The notes below the pieces were generated by a model that did no database searches, had not been told where the DNA came from, and worked only from the letters and a program-made list of their open reading frames with translations. From NCBI GenBank assembly GCA_000004985.1, contig GG739184.1: a stretch of 4,480 nucleotides of DNA; one strand, 5' to 3'. Source of the stretch: Naegleria gruberi (Eukaryota). The first letter of the stretch is position 1. Every line of letters starts with the position of its first letter. Position numbers and translations under genes: made by a program. This document shows positions 1 through 4,480 of this stretch, in pieces.

Positions 1-328
1 TCAAAGTGATTACGTTAAAAATTGAATTTTGGCAACCCAGCACCTAATAATCCAAATAGGAACATGGTTACACCATAATAATCCTTACTCATGAACATGA
101 ACAATTTCTTCTAAATTCATACATTTTTTTGAATCACCTTGTTTAGAACCATAGCACACACGCAAGCCTCATTGTTATTTGCAAGCTATAACACAGCGTA
201 GCTCTCCTTAATCCACATACGCAGCATTGTCCACTAATTTGTTGTGATTTGAAGTTTGATCGTAAATTGTTGAAAATTATTCAACACTCAAAAACAAATA
301 ACGACAAACAAATACACTCAACACTGGG
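1..328 (+). promoter_or_regulatory. Non-coding 5' flank of the downstream gene (presumed promoter plus 5' UTR)
   Basis: No ORF of meaningful length on either strand; on the minus strand all three frames hit stops before position 1. It directly precedes the ATG at 329, which follows an in-frame TAA at 299..301. A TATAA-like element sits at 187..191, a T7 run at 124..130, and an imperfect palindrome TTGAAAATTATTCAA at 270..284. The transcription start is not determinable from sequence. Confidence 0.3.
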
Positions 329-400
329 ATGCAAAAGTCTTTCTTATTGATCTCTCTTCTCTGTGTGATTGCGTTCTTGCACTTGTTCCCTGTTGAGGGA
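329..400 (+). other. Predicted N-terminal signal peptide (about 24 aa)
   Basis: MQKS followed by an uninterrupted hydrophobic stretch FLLISLLCVIAFLHLF, then PVEG-G (small residues at -3/-1, a plausible signal-peptidase site). The cleavage position is approximate. Confidence 0.55.
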
Positions 401-663
401 GGCACTGGACAAACTATTGTTGGTGATTTGAACATTGATCCTGTATTGGGATTAGATGCTAGTGAGACCAGATTTAGGTACCTCAGTTCCTTCTGTTTAG
501 ATCCAAGAAATGGCGATATGTACGTAGCTGATGACCATTTCAACAAGGTTTTCAAGATTGATCATCAAACCAATGTTGTCTCTTGGTTTGCTGGTAATGG
601 TGTTGAAACCAAATGTGCTAGAACTGGACCAAACTATTGCAACGACAAAACAGACAAATTATC
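329..663 (+). CDS. 5' end (N-terminus) of a large secreted NHL-repeat / EGF-repeat protein; the coding sequence runs into the N-run
   Basis: ATG 329 is the first ATG after the in-frame stop TAA at 299..301 (frame 2). The translation MQKSFLLISLLCVIAFLHLFPVEGG... is a classic signal peptide. It is followed by an NHL-blade-like segment (...LDPRNGDMYVADDHFNKVFKIDHQTNVVSWFAGNG) and then VETKCARTGPNYCNDKTDKL. This second segment has the same AG-x-G...C...C...KL linker architecture seen repeatedly after the gap (e.g. VAGSAGNCASGTCATFSASATDSTAKL). The ORF is still open at 663, where the Ns begin. The ORF-track entry 329..2143 is real only up to 663. Confidence 0.75.
470..661 (+). repeat. First NHL-type beta-propeller blade plus the Cys-pair linker of the next blade (pre-gap)
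   Basis: The GDMYVADDHFNKVFKID motif (Tyr codon at 521) matches the G-x-[IV]-Y-[VF]-A-D-x-x-N/H-x-[IV]-R-K-I blade core repeated after the gap. The following segment KCARTGPNYC (Cys codons at 614 and 638) matches the C-x(4-7)-C linker found ahead of later blades. Confidence 0.55.
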
Positions 664-2110
664 NNNNNNNNNNNNNNNNNNNNNNNNNNNNNNNNNNNNN
701 NNNNNNNNNNNNNNNNNNNNNNNNNNNNNNNNNNNNNNNNNNNNNNNNNNNNNNNNNNNNNNNNNNNNNNNNNNNNNNNNNNNNNNNNNNNNNNNNNNNN
801 NNNNNNNNNNNNNNNNNNNNNNNNNNNNNNNNNNNNNNNNNNNNNNNNNNNNNNNNNNNNNNNNNNNNNNNNNNNNNNNNNNNNNNNNNNNNNNNNNNNN
901 NNNNNNNNNNNNNNNNNNNNNNNNNNNNNNNNNNNNNNNNNNNNNNNNNNNNNNNNNNNNNNNNNNNNNNNNNNNNNNNNNNNNNNNNNNNNNNNNNNNN
1001 NNNNNNNNNNNNNNNNNNNNNNNNNNNNNNNNNNNNNNNNNNNNNNNNNNNNNNNNNNNNNNNNNNNNNNNNNNNNNNNNNNNNNNNNNNNNNNNNNNNN
1101 NNNNNNNNNNNNNNNNNNNNNNNNNNNNNNNNNNNNNNNNNNNNNNNNNNNNNNNNNNNNNNNNNNNNNNNNNNNNNNNNNNNNNNNNNNNNNNNNNNNN
1201 NNNNNNNNNNNNNNNNNNNNNNNNNNNNNNNNNNNNNNNNNNNNNNNNNNNNNNNNNNNNNNNNNNNNNNNNNNNNNNNNNNNNNNNNNNNNNNNNNNNN
1301 NNNNNNNNNNNNNNNNNNNNNNNNNNNNNNNNNNNNNNNNNNNNNNNNNNNNNNNNNNNNNNNNNNNNNNNNNNNNNNNNNNNNNNNNNNNNNNNNNNNN
1401 NNNNNNNNNNNNNNNNNNNNNNNNNNNNNNNNNNNNNNNNNNNNNNNNNNNNNNNNNNNNNNNNNNNNNNNNNNNNNNNNNNNNNNNNNNNNNNNNNNNN
1501 NNNNNNNNNNNNNNNNNNNNNNNNNNNNNNNNNNNNNNNNNNNNNNNNNNNNNNNNNNNNNNNNNNNNNNNNNNNNNNNNNNNNNNNNNNNNNNNNNNNN
1601 NNNNNNNNNNNNNNNNNNNNNNNNNNNNNNNNNNNNNNNNNNNNNNNNNNNNNNNNNNNNNNNNNNNNNNNNNNNNNNNNNNNNNNNNNNNNNNNNNNNN
1701 NNNNNNNNNNNNNNNNNNNNNNNNNNNNNNNNNNNNNNNNNNNNNNNNNNNNNNNNNNNNNNNNNNNNNNNNNNNNNNNNNNNNNNNNNNNNNNNNNNNN
1801 NNNNNNNNNNNNNNNNNNNNNNNNNNNNNNNNNNNNNNNNNNNNNNNNNNNNNNNNNNNNNNNNNNNNNNNNNNNNNNNNNNNNNNNNNNNNNNNNNNNN
1901 NNNNNNNNNNNNNNNNNNNNNNNNNNNNNNNNNNNNNNNNNNNNNNNNNNNNNNNNNNNNNNNNNNNNNNNNNNNNNNNNNNNNNNNNNNNNNNNNNNNN
2001 NNNNNNNNNNNNNNNNNNNNNNNNNNNNNNNNNNNNNNNNNNNNNNNNNNNNNNNNNNNNNNNNNNNNNNNNNNNNNNNNNNNNNNNNNNNNNNNNNNNN
2101 NNNNNNNNNN
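664..2110. other. Run of 1447 N (assembly gap or hard-masked sequence) interrupting the gene
   Basis: Directly visible. The non-round length (1447) suggests masked real sequence or a size-estimated gap rather than a conventional fixed spacer. Nothing inside can be annotated. Confidence 0.99.
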
Positions 2111-2111
2111 G

Positions 2112-4480
2112 AGGTGGTCAGCTACTGCAGCAACGTTCTCTAATTCTATCATAGTTGCAGTTGACAGCAATGACAACATCTACGTTATGGACAATGGTGT
2201 ATATGTTTTAAGAATGATTAGAGCTAGCAATGGAAATATAGAAAGAGTGGCAGGTACCTATACCACTATCTGTTCTGACGGCAATTGTGGAGATGGAGGA
2301 AGTGCACTCAGTGCCAAATTGACAGCTGTAAAGAATATTGAAATTCATCCAATTACTGGTGACATTTACTTGGCGGAAGCTAACAGAATCAGAAAAATTA
2401 GTGGTGGTATTATCAGTACAGTTGTTGGTGCTTTTGGAAGAAATTATGATTCTTTAGTCACTGGTGCCTGGGCAAATCCGTTGGATGTTGGTATTGCCCC
2501 AACAAGAATTTCCTTCTCACCTACTGGTCAATTGTATTTCAATGATGGTAGTTCTTATTGGTCAATGCGTACTTTGAAAGATGGATTGGTTAGACCTGTC
2601 TCTGGATTTTTAATTTCCACAACAGACAGGTTTAATTACAATGGAGAAGACTTGCTACCAACTAAGGTAAAACTCTCAAATCCAACTTCAGTGTTTTTGG
2701 ACTCGAATGGCAATGTTTTTGTTGGTTGTTCTGGAACCTCAAGTACAACTGGAGGTGAAAATGATGCCAGAATTGTAAAGGTTGATGTCAATTCCAATAC
2801 TGCTTCCACATTCATTGGAACTTTAACTGAGGCTTCAGCAATTTCTGAAAACACAATTAGAACCAAAACTTCACTCAAACCATATGCTTCAATCTATACA
2901 GGTCTTTATACACCCTTCGGAATTCATGTAACTCCAAACGGAGATGTATACTTTGCAGATCCAAGTCGTTATGTAATCAGAATGTACAATGCAACCCTGG
3001 GAACTGTTAGTACAATTGCAGGTACTATGAACACAGTTTGTACCGATAGTATTTGTGATAATGGTCAACCAGCACTAAGTGCTCATTTCAAACTCCCGAC
3101 CTCAATATTCGTCACCGACGATGGAACTATTTATGTCTCTGATACTCAATTGCATCAAATTAGAAAAATTCAGAATGGAATTATTACAGCAATTGCTGGA
3201 ACTGGAACTCAATGCACCACTGCAGGATCTAATACTTGCGATCATGGTTCTACATCTCCATTGCGCGTTGACTTGTATACTCCAATGGGTATTTATGTTA
3301 CCAAGAGTGGTGAAGTATATTTTGCAGATACTTCCAACCATAAGGTTAGAAAAATCTCAAGTGATGGCCTCACCATAACTACAGTGGCCGGATCAGCTGG
3401 AAATTGTGCCTCTGGAACTTGTGCCACTTTCAGTGCATCCGCTACAGACTCAACTGCAAAACTCTTCTATCCAACTGGAGTTGTTGTCAATGAAACATCC
3501 GGTTCAATTTACATTGCAGATCAAGGAACTCACACCATTAGAGTAGTTTCTTCAAATGGTTCAATGAGTGTTTATGCTGGTACTTTCCCAGGCATGGCGT
3601 TCAATGATGCTGGAGCCACTCAATTCAGTGCAGAAGGATCATCAAAGTACCTTAATTTACCAACAAGTATTTTCCTTAAAGATAACTCAATTTATGTGAC
3701 AGAGCCAGTTTTTGGAAGAGTTAGACGTGTGACTCAAAACTGTAGAGCTGGATATGGTGGCGATAATTGTGAAACTCCTATTTGTTTTGAAATTCTGGCA
3801 ACTTATTCAACCGTTTGTTCAGGAAATGGTGCATGTATTGAAAGTGACACTTGTCAATGTAATGCTGGAAGTTCAGGAAGTAATTGTTCTCAAACAACTT
3901 CCAATTGTAGATCTGGTTTCTATGGAAGTAATTGTGAAATTTCCAATTGTTATGGAAAGTTTTCAAATGATTCATCTGTTTGCAGTGGGCATGGCCGTTG
4001 CAATTCAACTGATTCCTGCTCTTGTTCACCTAACTATTTTGGAGGAAATTGTCAAATTACAACATGTTTCAATACTCAAAGTAATGACAGCTCAGTATGT
4101 TCTGGACATGGTGTATGCTCATCCTATGATCAATGTTCATGTAATTCTAATTATTATGGATACAATTGTAATATTACAACATGTGGAGGAGTATTTTCAA
4201 ATGACTCTAGTGTCTGTAGTGGTAATGGAAATTGTGTTGATTTTAACCAATGTAATTGTGTACAAAACTCTGGTTCCAATTGTGCTGAACCAATAATCCC
4301 AACAATCTACTGTTTTGGAATTCTTGCCAATGATTCAAATATTTGTTCTGGAAATGGTCAATGTAATGCAACTGATATCTGTATTTGTGATTCTCTATTC
4401 TCTGGTTTCGATTGTTCGAATGATACCTCTAATGCTAACAATAACAGTACTTTTAATAACAATACCAACACTGACAATAG
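2112..4480 (+). CDS. Continuation of the same secreted protein: NHL beta-propeller blades, then tenascin-type EGF-like repeats, then an Asn/Thr-rich tail. It is open at both ends (5' into the N-run, 3' past the window edge)
   Basis: I translated frame 0 by hand codon by codon from 2112 to 4480. That gives 789 sense codons and no stop. The product shows strongly periodic, recognisable domain content: nine blades with a Y-[VIF]-x-[DE] core, then CSG[HN]GxC...CxC...GxxC EGF repeats. Every other long ORF the track lists in this span is in frame +1 or antisense. The track omits this ORF, presumably because it contains no in-window stop and its start is upstream. Confidence 0.85.
2163..3737 (+). 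repeat. Array of nine NHL-type beta-propeller blade repeats (183-192 nt, i.e. about 62-aa, period)
   Basis: Blade-core Tyr/Phe codons fall at 2181, 2367, 2535, 2718, 2949, 3132, 3318, 3510 and 3693. The corresponding motifs are DNIYVMD, GDIYLAE, GQLYFND, GNVFVGC, GDVYFAD, GTIYVSD, GEVYFAD, GSIYIAD and NSIYVTE. Most are followed by x-x-[IV]-R-K-I and G-x-I-[ST]-T-[IV]-A-G. Several are preceded by A-L-S-A-x-[LF]-x-x-P, which is the GDGG-x-A-x-x-A-x-L-type NHL consensus. The Pfam NHL (PF01436) assignment comes from motif recognition and has not been computed. Confidence 0.7.
3741..4415 (+). repeat. Tenascin-type EGF-like repeat array: five six-cysteine repeats plus two two-cysteine half-motifs
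   Basis: The translation reads CRAGYGGDNCETPI, then CFEILATYSTVCSGNGACIESDTCQCNAGSSGSNCSQTTSN, then CRSGFYGSNCEISN. Three 39-aa units follow, beginning at 3948, 4065 and 4182 (CYGKFSNDSSVCSGHGRCNSTDSCSCSPNYFGGNCQITT, CFNTQSNDSSVCSGHGVCSSYDQCSCNSNYYGYNCNITT and CGGVFSNDSSVCSGNGNCVDFNQCNCVQNSGSNC...). A fifth unit starts at 4311 (CFGILANDSNICSGNGQCNATDICICDSLFSGFDC). This is the C-x(n)-C-S-G-x-G-x-C-x(4,5)-C-x-C-x(5,8)-G-x-x-C spacing typical of tenascin/teneurin-type EGF. Confidence 0.8.
4416..4480 (+). other. Asn/Thr/Ser-rich low-complexity segment. The coding sequence continues past the window edge
   Basis: Frame-0 translation SNDTSNANNNSTFNNNTNTDN with no stop before 4480. The sequence is built from aat/aac/act codons and contains several N-x-[ST] sequons. 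Confidence 0.6.

Noticed and set aside
15-92. 25-codon minus-strand micro-ORF (MSKDYYGVTMFLFGLLGAGLPKFNF)
   Set aside because: It is too short to support. All three minus-strand frames terminate before position 1, so it is not the end of a longer upstream gene, and it is most likely chance.
151-170. Short CA-rich stretch (catagcacacacgcaagcc) as a possible microsatellite
   Set aside because: It has only about four CA units with interruptions, well below any threshold for a meaningful simple-sequence repeat.
277-555. ORF-track minus-strand ORF of 92 aa overlapping the gene start
   Set aside because: It is antisense to the signal-peptide/first-blade coding sequence, which has strong independent support (in-frame stop then ATG, signal peptide, NHL motif). 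The minus-strand translation has no recognisable features.
2131-2160. Polypyrimidine tract plus AG (ttctctaattctatcatag / ttgcag) just after the N-run, looking like a 3' splice acceptor that could reconcile the frame shift
   Set aside because: The frame-0 translation across it (ATAATFSNSIIVAVDSNDNIYVMD) matches the start-of-blade consensus seen in the other eight blades (e.g. SAKLTAVKNIEIHPITGDIYLAE). The region is therefore coding in frame 0 right up to the N edge, and the frame change must lie inside the hidden sequence.
637-2179. ORF-track entries 637..2154 (+, 505 aa) and 659..2179 (-, 506 aa), and the 664..2143 portion of 329..2143 (+)
   Set aside because: Their translations are almost entirely X, so they exist only because Ns do not encode stops. 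Their short defined ends (MQRQNRQII..., ...GGQLLQQRSLILS, MLSLLSTATMIELENVAAVADHL...) are out-of-frame or antisense readings of the real gene.
3079-3378. ORF-track +1-frame ORF of 99 aa, and the antisense ORFs 2636..2878, 3102..3341 and 3778..4029
   Set aside because: All are embedded in, and out of frame with or antisense to, the continuous frame-0 coding region. None has recognisable motifs, so they are typical shadow ORFs of a long compositionally biased gene.
3754-4296. ORF-track +1-frame ORF of 180 aa (MVAIIVKLLFVLKFWQL...) overlapping the EGF repeats
   Set aside because: It is an out-of-frame shadow. Its translation is hydrophobic, low-complexity junk with no cysteine periodicity, whereas frame 0 over the same nucleotides gives textbook six-Cys EGF repeats and is stop-free for 789 codons. 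It is stop-free by accident, because of the tgt/aat/ggt-rich repetitive codon structure.
2112-4480. Possibility of a ciliate-type alternative genetic code (TAA/TAG = Gln)
   Set aside because: A ciliate gene of this length would be expected to contain several in-frame TAA/TAG codons, and frame 0 contains none in 789 codons. The standard code suffices, and the upstream TAA at 299..301 behaves as a normal stop bounding the ATG.
1-4480. Prokaryotic interpretation (a bacterial NHL surface protein or a defence/mobile system)
   Set aside because: No Shine-Dalgarno-type context at the start, and no operon-like neighbours. The gene has a eukaryotic-style signal peptide and tenascin-type six-Cys EGF repeats rich in N-x-S/T sequons, plus an Asn-rich low-complexity tail and AT-rich amoeba-like codon usage. 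These all favour a eukaryotic nuclear gene. No CRISPR repeats, tRNAs, IS-like inverted repeats or integrase-like ORFs are visible in the non-N sequence.

Overview
This 4480-nt window is AT-rich eukaryotic-looking DNA, roughly 35-40% GC by eye, with an amoebozoan/protist-like codon preference (aat, tgt, ggt, tca, caa, att), and 1447 N (664..2110) hide its middle. I read essentially one protein-coding gene on the + strand. It starts at ATG 329 (an in-frame TAA lies at 299..301 and there is no earlier ATG) and opens with a hydrophobic signal peptide followed by an NHL-type beta-propeller blade. The coding sequence runs into the N-run and re-emerges at 2112 in frame 0 (codon starts divisible by 3). 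From there it stays open for 789 codons with no stop, to the window end. This long frame-0 ORF is absent from the supplied ORF track, which I infer lists only ORFs with both an ATG and a stop inside the window, yet it is by far the best-supported coding feature here. It encodes nine further NHL-type blades with a 183-192 nt period, many preceded by a Cys-x(4-7)-Cys / GDGG-like loop. After the blades come five six-cysteine tenascin-type EGF-like repeats plus two half-motifs, the central three at an exact 117-nt period. The ORF then enters an Asn/Thr/Ser-rich low-complexity tail at the window edge. The pre-gap and post-gap pieces share the same unusual blade/linker motifs and are almost certainly one gene. 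They differ in frame by one nucleotide, so either the N-run length is off by ±1 (mod 3) or the hidden sequence contains a frameshift or an intron. All other ORF-track entries are either translations of N (637..2154, 659..2179, most of 329..2143) or out-of-frame/antisense shadows of this gene. I see no RNA genes, mobile elements or CRISPR arrays in the visible sequence. The N-run could hide anything.
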